Source: a virus (Duplodnaviria; Caudoviricetes). Taken from it: a stretch of DNA of 50,149 bases. Of this stretch, positions 24,971 through 34,350 are shown in pieces; the first letter of the stretch is position 1; each line of letters begins with the position of its first letter. The DNA lies in the IMG/VR virus record IMGVR_UViG_3300037478_000329, positions 1-50,149 of that record; one strand, 5' to 3'. The notes under the pieces were generated by a model. That model saw only the letters and a list, made by a program, of their open reading frames with translations, had not been told where the DNA came from and did no database searches. The translations under genes and the position numbers were made by a program.

Positions 24971-26902
24971 TCACCGGCTCCACTTCACTGCGGCGAGTTT
25001 TGTGGACTTCGCTACCGATCCCTCGAACACGTCGCGGATCGCCTTGCTCACGTGCGACGCGACGTCGGCGGGATCGCCCGCTCCGTTGATCTCCTGGTCG
25101 AGGTCAAAGTGAAAGTTGTTGTTGATTGTCGCGATCAAGGTTTGCGGCTGCGCCCCCATCGCGAGCGAGGACAGTTCCACGTCGGGGACGTCGTTCCCGA
25201 AGATCTCCGACAGCAACGGATCCTTGCCCGCGCGGGCACTGTAGTCCTTGCCGGACGCTGATCCGAGCCGGCTCAAGGCCGCCTGCCGGGCTACGTCCAT
25301 GGTCGAGCCCGATCGAATCGAGGCGCCGCCCGCCTTGATCGCCTCGTTCAGTGCGACATCCCCTACGCCGTCGCGTTCCCCGAGCCTGCGGATCTCTTCC
25401 CCGAACTCGTCGTCGAACTCGAAGTCCTCCGCGTCGAACTCGACCTCGACCTCCGTGCGCGTCCCCTTCGGGCGCTCGGACTTGCGTCGCCCCTTCCCGA
25501 AGTTCTTCGCGAACCCGACCGCGCCGGAAAGATCCTTGCGCCCCTTGCGAGCGTCCACACGCTTGCGCTCCGCGGCGATCTCATTCTTGAGACTCACCAT
25601 GCGCCTGCGATCGTTCTCGTGTTGCGTCTTGCGATTGAACTGTTCGGCGCCCCCGAGCCGGCCCAGGTCGGAGTCGAACTCCGCCATCCGCAGCGCCAGC
25701 TTTTGTTGCCTCGCCTGCAGCCGTCCCTCTTTAGCGCTGCCGACGTTCCGGCTCGCGCCTTCACCTCGCTTGCCTCGACCGCCGAAGTTGTTGTCGAACT
25801 CCAGCGCGTTCGCCTCTTGCTGCGCCGACGCGTAGGAGATCAGCCCCGCGGTCAACGTAGCGATCGCCGTGATCACCAGACCGATCGGGCCAAGCGCACC
25901 GGACATCGCGACCTTGAACCCGAGCACCGCCGCGGTCGCGCCCGTCGGTCCGATCGAGTCGACCAGCTTCGCGGAGTGTCCGACCATCTTCGCGAGCGCG
26001 GGCAGGATCTCAAGGATCACCGGAGCAAGTTGTCGGAGCGAGTTCGAGATCGCTTCGACGAACTCGCGGATCTTCGTGCTCAAAAGTTGCCGGTTCGCGA
26101 CGGTCCAATCTTTGATTTGGGTAGCGACCGCTTGCACGGTGGGGATCAGTTCGATCCCTACGTCGCGCACCAGCGCCTTCAGGGTGCTCTTGACGTCGAG
26201 CATGACGTCCGCGAACTCTTCGGACGCCTTGAGCGCATCGTCGCCCATGACGAGCCCCAGCCGCTCCGCCTCGTCCCCGAGCGCCCGGATCCCTGCCGAC
26301 CCCTGATCAAGCAGCCCCTTGAGCTTGGCGCCGCCTTCGGCCCCGAACAGTTTCATCATGAGCGCCGAACGCTCGGACTGATTGCCGACCCCCTGCAGCG
26401 CATCGGAGATCATCGCGAACTGATCCTCCGCGCCTAGGTTCGCGATGTCCTCGATCTTGATCCCCAGATCCTTGAGACCCTCCGCGACCGGGCCGGTACC
26501 CTTCGTATAGGCATCGTGCATGCCCAAGGTCATCGCCTTGAGCGAGCGCGTGAAGTCCTGCGTGCTACCGCCTGATCGCTCCGTGGCGAAGCGCAAGCGC
26601 TGGACCTCGCGGGCTGCAACCCCGAGCCCCGCGGACGTCTTCGCGATCTCGTCGCCGGTCTTCGCGGCCGAGTCCGCAAGCTTGAACAGGCCTGCGGCTG
26701 CACCGGTCGCCGCACCTGCGACGATCAGGGCGGACGATCGGATCGCTCCGAACCCTTTCTTGATGTCCTCACCGGCTTTCTTCCACTGCTTGGATACGTT
26801 GTCGGCTGCTTCCTTGGCCGCCTTTTCCGCATCCGTCACCGGCTTGGGATCGATCTTCCCGAACGCCAGCCCGAAGATGAACTCTTTGATTGTCTCAGCC
26901 AC
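24971..26902 (-). CDS. tape measure protein
   Basis: Ala-rich helical protein with hydrophobic segments, after the tail chaperones. Confidence 0.85.
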   Translation of the reverse strand: MAETIKEFIFGLAFGKIDPKPVTDAEKAAKEAADNVSKQWKKAGEDIKKGFGAIRSSALIVAGAATGAAAGLFKLADSAAKTGDEIAKTSAGLGVAAREVQRLRFATERSGGSTQDFTRSLKAMTLGMHDAYTKGTGPVAEGLKDLGIKIEDIANLGAEDQFAMISDALQGVGNQSERSALMMKLFGAEGGAKLKGLLDQGSAGIRALGDEAERLGLVMGDDALKASEEFADVMLDVKSTLKALVRDVGIELIPTVQAVATQIKDWTVANRQLLSTKIREFVEAISNSLRQLAPVILEILPALAKMVGHSAKLVDSIGPTGATAAVLGFKVAMSGALGPIGLVITAIATLTAGLISYASAQQEANALEFDNNFGGRGKRGEGASRNVGSAKEGRLQARQQKLALRMAEFDSDLGRLGGAEQFNRKTQHENDRRRMVSLKNEIAAERKRVDARKGRKDLSGAVGFAKNFGKGRRKSERPKGTRTEVEVEFDAEDFEFDDEFGEEIRRLGERDGVGDVALNEAIKAGGASIRSGSTMDVARQAALSRLGSASGKDYSARAGKDPLLSEIFGNDVPDVELSSLAMGAQPQTLIATINNNFHFDLDQEINGAGDPADVASHVSKAIRDVFEGSVAKSTKLAAVKWSR

Positions 26903-27167
26903 GGCGAGGCGATCCTAGCTCCGCGTTCGCGGTCTGGGCGTCACGCCACGATCGCTCGACGCGATCGATCTCCGACAGGTCGAGCGCCTCTTCGAGTGAC
27001 ATGCGTTGCGTGAGTGCTTCGTACATGGCCACGTCGACGCCCCCTTCCGGGCGAATGCTGAGGTTACCGATCAGCGGGTGGACGTTCGCGAACTGGATCC
27101 CTTCGAACTGCCCGTCCGGTTTGGCTCGGGGCACCCACTGCGTTAGCGGGTGCCTAACGTAGGGCCC
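26895..27167 (-). CDS. -1 frame extension of the tail assembly chaperone (gpT-like)
   Basis: Open -1 frame from the slippery G GGC CCT (27167-27161) to a stop overlapping the tape measure start. Confidence 0.6.
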   Translation of the reverse strand, partial: GPYVRHPLTQWVPRAKPDGQFEGIQFANVHPLIGNLSIRPEGGVDVAMYEALTQRMSLEEALDLSEIDRVERSWRDAQTANAELGSPRRG

Positions 27168-27538
27168 CGGAAGTTGTGGGCCAGCGCGAAGATGCAAACT
27201 TTTGCGAGGTGCATGTATTCGCCAGCGAAGTGTTCGTCGAAGTCCGCGAGAACCTCTCCGCCTTCCCCCTTCGCACCCGCGAGTTCGTTCACCTGCATGC
27301 GCGAGAGTAGGTCGCGGCACGTCGCGATCAGCCCGTCGCGCATGGCTCGATCGGCGACCTGCAACAGCGCCTCGATCCCGACCTCGTCCGAGTCCTCGCC
27401 GGTGACCGCGGTCCGCATGAGCGACGCCCCGATCAGCGCCGACACGCGCGGCAGGAGTTCGAGTCCGACGCTTGCCGGGAACTTCCGCGACGTGTAGACG
27501 AGCCCGTCGATCTTGTGTTGCACGGTGCGCGGCTTCAT
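27143..27538 (-). CDS. tail assembly chaperone
   Basis: FDEHFAGEY motif; between the tube and tape measure genes. Confidence 0.75.
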   Translation of the reverse strand: MKPRTVQHKIDGLVYTSRKFPASVGLELLPRVSALIGASLMRTAVTGEDSDEVGIEALLQVADRAMRDGLIATCRDLLSRMQVNELAGAKGEGGEVLADFDEHFAGEYMHLAKVCIFALAHNFRGPTLGTR

Positions 27539-27600
27539 GTCGCAGTCCTTGGACAGCGACGCCGCGAACGTCACAATATCTCGAAGAAGACTCGATGTGT

Positions 27601-28056
27601 TCATGCGAGATCATGCCCCCCAAGGAAGGTTTCGAGCGCGGTGCACTCCCATGTCCACAACCGTGAACCTCGCTCGATCGCGAATGTTGGCATCGGGATC
27701 ATGGTCAGGAAGCAACCGAGCCCGACCACGACCGTGTCACCATTCAGGTCCTTGAGCGTGAGAGCACCGACGACGTCCTCCGTCAATCGGTCCTGCTTTT
27801 GCAGCCGGGATAGTTTCGAGTTCGTCGGACTCGATGCGGAGAGAATCACCGTCACCATGCCGCCGTCGTTCGGGTTCCGGGTGCGGGTGCCGTTGCTGTG
27901 GCCGTCGTTCTCGCGGACCCAGTCCGGGTTGTCGCGCGCGGTGGTCAGGAAGTCGCCCGTAAGCACGCGCCCGTGCAGGATGTCGGTCGCGCCGTACGGC
28001 GTGATCCACGACCCCACGACCTTCTTTGATCGGTATTGCCGGAGTTCACCAGACAT
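27601..28056 (-). CDS. tail tube protein
   Basis: 151 aa directly after the sheath; GMVTVILSASSPTN..LTLKDLNG. Confidence 0.75.
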   Translation of the reverse strand: MSGELRQYRSKKVVGSWITPYGATDILHGRVLTGDFLTTARDNPDWVRENDGHSNGTRTRNPNDGGMVTVILSASSPTNSKLSRLQKQDRLTEDVVGALTLKDLNGDTVVVGLGCFLTMIPMPTFAIERGSRLWTWECTALETFLGGHDLA

Positions 28057-28059
28057 CGC

Positions 28060-29499
28060 TTAGAGCCTCACCTTCACGTTGACGACGGTTTTCGCCAGCG
28101 ACGGTTTGATGTAGACGACCATGGGGACGGTGACCGTGCCGGTCTCGCGTTCTTCGGTCGTGAGATCCTTTGCCTTCGGGACGAAGATCGCCGGCGTTTC
28201 GGTGCCCGCGTAGAGTTCCCCTTCGGGGACCACCTTCCCGATGAAGTGATTCGCCGCGAGTCCGTCCGCCGCAATGCTACGGCCGATCGCGTCGAGCCGG
28301 TTCAAGCCGTCGTCATCCAGCCAGACCGCGTCGGGTTCGCGCAGGTGCATGTTCAGCACCCGTTCCTCCCACTTGGCCAGCATCCAATCGGTGGACGTGG
28401 TGACGCGGATGGGCAGACCTTGCCCGCTCGGACCGTTCGAGGTCCAGCCCGGGGCCGTGAACGCGACGGACTCTTGCCCCGCGCTCGTGATCGTGGTCGC
28501 GAAGTAGTTCGCGTTTGCGTTGCGCAGGACCGCGACCTGGGTCTCGTTCAGCGTCGAGCCTACGATCCCGATCAGTTTCTTGAAGTCCCACGAGAGTTGC
28601 GCGACGTCGAGATCGTTCCCGAAGCATCGGCACATGACCGCCTCCGCGAGCAGCACCGAGTCGTCCGAGTTGTAGAACAGCGGCGCGCGGGTGTACTGCA
28701 GCGCGAACAGTTGCGAGGCGAGGTCACCGTCCGTGACCTCTACCGTGAGCGTGGCACTACCGGGCGCCGAGCTGGTCACGGTCCCGATCAACCCGTCCGC
28801 GATCGCGAACGATACGACGGCGTCCTCAGATTCGATCGAGTCCGGCTGCAGGATGTCTTCGAGGTCGCCCCCGCCCCCCGCCGCCGTGTCGAGCTCCGCG
28901 TCCATCGCCGCCGCAAGATCGTCGTTGGTATCGGGCGTAGTGCTTCGCGCAACCGTCACCGTCACCGGTGAGACCAGGCCGAACCCGGTGAAGATGAGAT
29001 CGTAATCGCCGTCCTCGGGCGTGGCGCCGAACGTCGCATCGAAGGCAAGTCCGTTCGTGTCGTCCACCATGGACGGCTGCCCCGACTGCACCGCAGCTAG
29101 TTTCTTGTTCGACTGCGCCCACGAGGCGATCAGCAAGACTTCGGCCGGATCGCGACTCTCGCAGTTCACCCCGTAGAACGCTCCGGGAGAGATCAGGCGC
29201 GCCGCTTCGGCCGCGTCGCGGTAGCGTCCGAGCCCGCCGCCGCTGTCGACTTTGCCGCTGTAGAACGTCGCGGGTCTAGCGGTCTGTTGCTCGACCATCA
29301 CCGCGTAATCATGCATGGCCGATCCCGACGCGAAGCCTGCGGCGATAACCGCGGCGGATGACGAATATGGACCCTGCAGGACGGAGCCCGCGATCGCGTT
29401 CTCGTTCAGGAAGATCGGGACATTGAAGTCCGCACCCGCGACTCCGCTGGATTCGAGGGACGCGGTCGCGTCGACGTAGAACGTAACAGGGATTCCCAT
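28060..29499 (-). CDS. tail sheath protein (DUF3383-like)
   Basis: WDFKKLIGI..LRNANANYF..TDWM. Confidence 0.82.
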   Translation of the reverse strand: MGIPVTFYVDATASLESSGVAGADFNVPIFLNENAIAGSVLQGPYSSSAAVIAAGFASGSAMHDYAVMVEQQTARPATFYSGKVDSGGGLGRYRDAAEAARLISPGAFYGVNCESRDPAEVLLIASWAQSNKKLAAVQSGQPSMVDDTNGLAFDATFGATPEDGDYDLIFTGFGLVSPVTVTVARSTTPDTNDDLAAAMDAELDTAAGGGGDLEDILQPDSIESEDAVVSFAIADGLIGTVTSSAPGSATLTVEVTDGDLASQLFALQYTRAPLFYNSDDSVLLAEAVMCRCFGNDLDVAQLSWDFKKLIGIVGSTLNETQVAVLRNANANYFATTITSAGQESVAFTAPGWTSNGPSGQGLPIRVTTSTDWMLAKWEERVLNMHLREPDAVWLDDDGLNRLDAIGRSIAADGLAANHFIGKVVPEGELYAGTETPAIFVPKAKDLTTEERETGTVTVPMVVYIKPSLAKTVVNVKVRL

Positions 29500-29506
29500 G
29501 GTGTGA

Positions 29507-30349
29507 TCACTCCAGGTCGACGCCTTGCGACGCCAAGATCGTAGCACCGTCCGCGCGTGCGTCCACGTCCAGGATGGCGCGTTGCATGACGGGCGGACCG
29601 GCTGCGGCTGCGAGCGACACCATTGTCACCTGCAGCGAGACGGCCTCACGTGACGCCCAGACCGGGCCCGCGAGTTCGTCGAGATTGATCGGGTCACCGA
29701 TCGTGACATCGAGTCCGTACGTTTCAAGGATCGCTTGCGGGGCATCCAGCCCCGCGCCGCCCTTGATCGCGGACATGACCGAACACGCGCCGGATCGTAA
29801 GTTGCGATCGGTGCTGTAGATCTGCAGTTCGATCGAGAACGCGTGTTCGTCGGTGACCGCCTGCGCGACGTCCGACGATGCGATCGTCAACGTGAGCGCA
29901 CCCGCGACGCGTAGATTGTAGACGTCCCCGAGCGACGTCGGGGTGATCGTGATCCGGTCGGAGCCATCCTCCGCGAACGTGGCGGCGACGTCGGTCGCTT
30001 CGAGCAGCGCGAGCAGATCGTCGCGGGCTTGCTCGATCGTCTGCCCCGCCTCGACCACGTGCTCGACCTGGATCCCCGACATGCGGACGATCAGGCTTGC
30101 GCCTTCGGTCGCGGCGGTGACGTCCACGTAGGCTAGCGTCGGGAACCGGGCGGGCCCCACGGACTCGTTTCCGTCCCCGGCCGTACGCGGGCCCCCGATT
30201 CTCCGCAGGCGCGCATAGACGGACCCGGCGAGCTCCAGGGGGAGTTCGGTCGGCGCCCACAACACGGGCGTGCTCGCGGGCGTGAGCGCTTCAACCCACG
30301 CCTTGAGCCCCCATGCGAGCCTATCAAGGCGTACAATACTGGTCGTCAC
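29507..30349 (-). CDS. neck / tail terminator protein
   Basis: Position before the sheath gene; SIELQIYS. Confidence 0.6.
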   Translation of the reverse strand: MTTSIVRLDRLAWGLKAWVEALTPASTPVLWAPTELPLELAGSVYARLRRIGGPRTAGDGNESVGPARFPTLAYVDVTAATEGASLIVRMSGIQVEHVVEAGQTIEQARDDLLALLEATDVAATFAEDGSDRITITPTSLGDVYNLRVAGALTLTIASSDVAQAVTDEHAFSIELQIYSTDRNLRSGACSVMSAIKGGAGLDAPQAILETYGLDVTIGDPINLDELAGPVWASREAVSLQVTMVSLAAAAGPPVMQRAILDVDARADGATILASQGVDLE

Positions 30350-30998
30350 GGGGTCTCCACGGTTCGAGGTGCGGGTCGAGTCCGATCGGTACGAAGTACG
30401 TTTGCCCGCCCCAAGTGCGGCCGACTGGGTCCGCGACGATCGACACGGCAATCCCCACGAGGTCCCCGGCCGCGTCGATTGTCGGTCCGCCGGACATGCC
30501 GGGAAGTCCGACCGCGTCCGTCGCCGTGCGGTTCATATCCGGATAGAACCCGGACACGATCCCCTGGGTGATCGCCCATCCGAACATGCGCGGGTGGCCG
30601 GCGATCCAGATCGACTCCCCGATCTGCAGCGGTCGGCATCGGAGCGGGAGCGGGGCGAGCTTGCATCCGGTCACCATGATCAGCGCGATGTCATCGTCGC
30701 GTGATAGGTACGTGTCCCCGATCGTGCACGATTCCCCGGCGTGCGTCAGAACCTCGATCGCCCCGTTCTCCGCAACGTGGCGCGCGGTGAAGATCGTTTG
30801 TTCATCCACCGCGAACCCGGATCCGTGCCCGCCGATCACTCCGACGAATACGGTAGCGGATAGCAAGAGGTCCGCTCGCTCGACGTCCGACAACGGCGCA
30901 GGGGGCGGCGCGTCCGGGTCGGCAACGGGCGGCAGCGGCTGCAGGCATCCGAGCAGCGCGGCGAGCAGGATGACCAGGAGGTTTCGGGTGCGGCTCAT
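30324..30998 (-). CDS. trypsin-like (S1) serine protease lipoprotein
   Basis: Signal peptide with lipobox LLGC; GSGF, TARHV, DDIAL, GMSGGP catalytic triad motifs. Confidence 0.9.
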   Translation of the reverse strand: MSRTRNLLVILLAALLGCLQPLPPVADPDAPPPAPLSDVERADLLLSATVFVGVIGGHGSGFAVDEQTIFTARHVAENGAIEVLTHAGESCTIGDTYLSRDDDIALIMVTGCKLAPLPLRCRPLQIGESIWIAGHPRMFGWAITQGIVSGFYPDMNRTATDAVGLPGMSGGPTIDAAGDLVGIAVSIVADPVGRTWGGQTYFVPIGLDPHLEPWRPRDDQYCTP

Positions 30999-31360
30999 GA
31001 CGTCGACTCCAGCTTCGTGATTAGGACGATCCGCACCCCGCCAATCGTGGCGTAGTCCTGATCGTCCGTGACTTCATACCAGAACCCGTTGCGCTGCAGC
31101 CGGGGCGGGCGCGAGCCTGCCACGCGAGCGAGCGCCGTACCTGCGAGCGGGTAACAAGCCAGCGTCTCGCGCTGCTTGTCCGCGTCCGGCAGTCGGTCAA
31201 GCATCTTCCCGCTTGCAGGGTGGATCGGCATGGTCTCCACGACGTCGGTCGCGGCGCCGTCAATCACCTCGCCGTATCCGTTCGACGTGCTCGCGGCGAA
31301 CGTGCGGACCGTGACCGACTCCGTCAGCAGGACGCCATGCAGGAGATGAACCGGGATCAT
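30995..31360 (-). CDS. head closure / head-tail adaptor
   Basis: IHPASGKMLDRLP..GFWYEV; gene order. Confidence 0.65.
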   Translation of the reverse strand: MIPVHLLHGVLLTESVTVRTFAASTSNGYGEVIDGAATDVVETMPIHPASGKMLDRLPDADKQRETLACYPLAGTALARVAGSRPPRLQRNGFWYEVTDDQDYATIGGVRIVLITKLESTS

Positions 31361-31857
31361 CCCTCGCCCCCCTGCTTGACGATCCGATCGCCCTTCCGGA
31401 TCGCCCACGACACCTGGCTATAGAGTTGGGCGTACTCACCGATCAACGGCTGATCGTGGCCCTTCTTCGCGATCGTGCTCGGGGCGTTCGCCTCCGCCCA
31501 GTCGCGGCTGCGATCGATCGTCTTGCGGGCGGCCGATACGGCGATCTCCCCGACCGCCTGAACCGCCTTGTTCGCGGACGATGCCCGCCCGTCGACGATA
31601 TCGGAGATCGCGGACTTGGCCGCGTCCGCGAACGCATCGCGGTTTTCCTCCATCGTATGCTGCCCCAGCGGCCGAGCCGGCGCGGTGGCAGTCCCGAACT
31701 CTTGAAACGCTGCGATCTTGGCGACGCTCACCTTTGCGCCCGGGTGCTTGGCCTGCCCGCTCGCGCCCTGATATCCGAACGTGACGCGGAGTTCCCCGAG
31801 CCGTTCGAGTTGCTGCATGAGCTTGCCGATCCCGAGATCCTTCGTGTCGAGACTCAT
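31357..31857 (-). CDS. tail completion / neck protein
   Basis: AFQEFGT..PARP..NAPSTIAKKGHDQPLI. Confidence 0.75.
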   Translation of the reverse strand: MSLDTKDLGIGKLMQQLERLGELRVTFGYQGASGQAKHPGAKVSVAKIAAFQEFGTATAPARPLGQHTMEENRDAFADAAKSAISDIVDGRASSANKAVQAVGEIAVSAARKTIDRSRDWAEANAPSTIAKKGHDQPLIGEYAQLYSQVSWAIRKGDRIVKQGGEG

Positions 31858-32192
31858 GCTTTGATCCAGCCCTTCCGCAGGCTGGCGATCATTCGCAGTT
31901 GCTCGTCCGAACTCACCGGCTGCGAGAGCGCGGCCGACAACACGCGATCGGATGCCCACGCGCGGGCGGAATGCTTGCGCTCGACCCGGCGCCAATGATT
32001 CAACCGGGCGCGGCGGAACGCCACGAATCCCTGATCATGGGCGAGCAGGTACACCATCCGCTCCGCTTCGAGCGCGAGTAGGTGCGCGTTGGCTCGCCGC
32101 CATTCGATCCGGTTGACGATCAGCCCGAACATCCCGCGGATCGTCTCGCGATAGATGTCCTCCGCCATCTCGCGGGCAACAGTGCGGATCAT
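31854..32192 (-). CDS. hypothetical protein
   Basis: Overlaps both neighbours by 4 bp. Confidence 0.55.
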   Translation of the reverse strand: MIRTVAREMAEDIYRETIRGMFGLIVNRIEWRRANAHLLALEAERMVYLLAHDQGFVAFRRARLNHWRRVERKHSARAWASDRVLSAALSQPVSSDEQLRMIASLRKGWIKA

Positions 32193-32458
32193 GAGATCCA
32201 CCCCTTCACGAGTTCCCACACGCCCGCCACGAGACCGGCTGCGCCTGCGCCTGCGCCTGCGCCTGCGCCTGCGCCTCGAAGCGCGGCGCCACGACGCTCG
32301 CCCTTCGCCTCCGCCTTCGACAACTCCAGCGCCTGCACGCGATCCGGCAGGTCAACGGACGTTGCCGCGTGCGCGGCGGTCATCTGCTCGACCCGCCGCA
32401 AGCGCTTGTCGATCTCTTCGAGCTTGTCGAGGATCCTCTCGACCGCGGCGGTACTCAT
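32189..32458 (-). CDS. coiled-coil protein with a hydrophobic C-terminus (holin-like?)
   Basis: Heptad N-terminus, (GA)n tract, AGLVAGVWELVKGW. Confidence 0.6.
   Translation of the reverse strand: MSTAAVERILDKLEEIDKRLRRVEQMTAAHAATSVDLPDRVQALELSKAEAKGERRGAALRGAGAGAGAGAGAAGLVAGVWELVKGWIS
32239..32276. repeat. hexanucleotide microsatellite (CTGCGC)6
   Basis: Six perfect copies encoding Gly-Ala on the minus strand. Confidence 0.9.
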
Positions 32459-32814
32459 GCGACCCCCGGGAACGCCACGATGGCGTTGCTGATCTGGAGG
32501 AACTGCCGCCCGTACGGCGTGGTCGCAAGCAGCGGATCGCCCATGGCCGCGGCTGCGGTGGCGAACGAGGCGGATACTGATCCCATGCTCAAGCTTGCCA
32601 CGGACCCCGCCTCACCGCCCGCAATGAACCCGCCCAGTTGTAGGTAATGCGCCGCGAGCATGACGTGCGCGCGGACGGACTTCGCCGCGAACGCGAGTTC
32701 GTGATCGGAGATCATGATCTTCGCGTCCGCCAGCGCGAGCGTCCGCGCGTCGACGTCCACCGCGGAGGCGGCGGCAACTCGCGACGTCAGATCGCTGTCG
32801 GTCGCGTACGCCAC
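32455..32814 (-). CDS. head-tail connector (DUF4054-like)
   Basis: LAAHYL..GSVSASF..TTPYGRQFL. Confidence 0.8.
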   Translation of the reverse strand: MAYATDSDLTSRVAAASAVDVDARTLALADAKIMISDHELAFAAKSVRAHVMLAAHYLQLGGFIAGGEAGSVASLSMGSVSASFATAAAAMGDPLLATTPYGRQFLQISNAIVAFPGVA

Positions 32815-32817
32815 GAC

Positions 32818-33198
32818 TTATCCGCGTGCGCGTAGTTCGGTGATCCGGGTATCGAGCGCGGCGGTGATCGCCGGCCGCGTTTCGCCGTATTCGTTTCGCA
32901 TCCACACCAGGGCAGGCAAGTCGACCGATCGGGCGACGATGCGTTGCGCTTCGTGCTCCATGCCCCAGTATCGTCTCGCGTCATCGGGGCCGCGCATCTC
33001 CGCCAACTCGGCGCAGTGCCGGGCACGCTCCGCAGGAGCGCGGCCGATACCGGGGACGTAGGTGTCTTCCGACAACTCTGGCGGCTGCGCCGGCCGGACA
33101 TCGTCCGCCGGGAGAGCGGGGCGCGACTGATACCCGATGTGGATCATCCGCTGGCTCTCGTTCAGAACCAGCACGAACTTCTCTTTGGGGTTGGCCAT
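32818..33198 (-). CDS. hypothetical head-associated protein
   Basis: Directly after the capsid gene; C-terminal ETRPAITAALDTRITEL. Confidence 0.6.
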   Translation of the reverse strand: MANPKEKFVLVLNESQRMIHIGYQSRPALPADDVRPAQPPELSEDTYVPGIGRAPAERARHCAELAEMRGPDDARRYWGMEHEAQRIVARSVDLPALVWMRNEYGETRPAITAALDTRITELRARG

Positions 33199-33204
33199 GC
33201 ACCC

Positions 33205-33236
33205 CGCAAAGCCCGACCCCTTGCAGGGTACGGGCT
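33205..33236 (-). terminator. conserved hairpin, divergent copy after the capsid gene
   Basis: Minus strand AGCCCGTACCCTGCAAGGGGTCGGGCTTTGCG: same architecture, GCAA loop. Confidence 0.65.
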
Positions 33237-33255
33237 CGGGGCATGGCACGTTATC

Positions 33256-34338
33256 TTAGGTGGTGCCGAACCGCATCACGACAACGGCCTTGGGGATCTG
33301 GCACTTGCAGCCGCCGATCTTCTCATGCGTAATCGTTTCGATCTTCAGATCGGTTTGCTGCGGCGCTTCCTGCGAGAACGGGCGGGCCGACAGGAACGCA
33401 AGCTGGTCCGAGTCATCGGACGGTAGCGCCATCATGAAGTCCCCGGAGATGCCGGAGTCATCCGTGCGGGTCTCGGGGTTCTTCCGGAGGGCAGCACTGC
33501 ACTCGTTCAGGATCTGGAACGACACTTTGCCCTGGCCGGTCTCGTCGCCCGCATAGGCGTGCTTGATCCGGTCCCACAAGGTGACGGTCCCGCTGGCGGT
33601 CGATGCCAAGTAGCGACGCATGCACTCCTGCACCATCGCGAGCGAGAGGAACACTTTCGCGGCGTAGTGCTCGCGAATGGTGTCGGTGGGGATCCGATCG
33701 ATCATCTTCGCCACGTCGGCAAGGATCTCGTCGTCGGTTTTGTTCGCCCACAAGCGCGAGGTCGAGCCCCCGTTCTGCGCGGCAAGGAAGTGGGTCACGT
33801 TGGGGTTGTTGACCAGCCCCTCAAGTTCATGACTCTTCGAGCCGAACAACCAGAACCAGTTCTTCCACGCCTCGTGGGCTTTCTTCGAGAGTTTCCCTTT
33901 GAATGTCTGCAGCGGAACGTTCGCCTTCGCAGCACGCTCCAGGTCGAACACGGTAACATCCCACTTGTGTCCGAACTGTGCGAACTTGCCGTCAAACTGC
34001 CGCATGGTCATCGAGCTCGATGGCGCAAGCGTACCGTCGTCGCCGATCCACGCGCAGGATGCCTGCCCGTCGATCAGGAAGTAGCGCCAACTTTCGTCGG
34101 CCGGATTCGGGCTGGAGTCGATTGGGAGGACCTTCCCGTTCGCCGCGGCGAACTCGGGGTAAGTCGCTTCCATGATCTTCGGGTAGACGTGCCGCAGGCG
34201 CTCCGCCATCACGGGCGCGAGTTGCCAATCGAGACGTCCGGCCTTCGCCTCGGAGTCGAGCACCGCTTCGACCACGCCGGGGCGGGGCACGAGCTTGTAG
34301 GAGTCCAGGCGGGCTTGCTGTTGTGCGGTGAGTTTCAT
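33256..34338 (-). CDS. major capsid protein (DUF2184 family)
   Basis: LFGSKSHELEGLVNNPNV..WANKTDDEILADV..IGG..P. Confidence 0.88.
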   Translation of the reverse strand: MKLTAQQQARLDSYKLVPRPGVVEAVLDSEAKAGRLDWQLAPVMAERLRHVYPKIMEATYPEFAAANGKVLPIDSSPNPADESWRYFLIDGQASCAWIGDDGTLAPSSSMTMRQFDGKFAQFGHKWDVTVFDLERAAKANVPLQTFKGKLSKKAHEAWKNWFWLFGSKSHELEGLVNNPNVTHFLAAQNGGSTSRLWANKTDDEILADVAKMIDRIPTDTIREHYAAKVFLSLAMVQECMRRYLASTASGTVTLWDRIKHAYAGDETGQGKVSFQILNECSAALRKNPETRTDDSGISGDFMMALPSDDSDQLAFLSARPFSQEAPQQTDLKIETITHEKIGGCKCQIPKAVVVMRFGTT

Positions 34339-34350
34339 CGGTCGGTTTCC

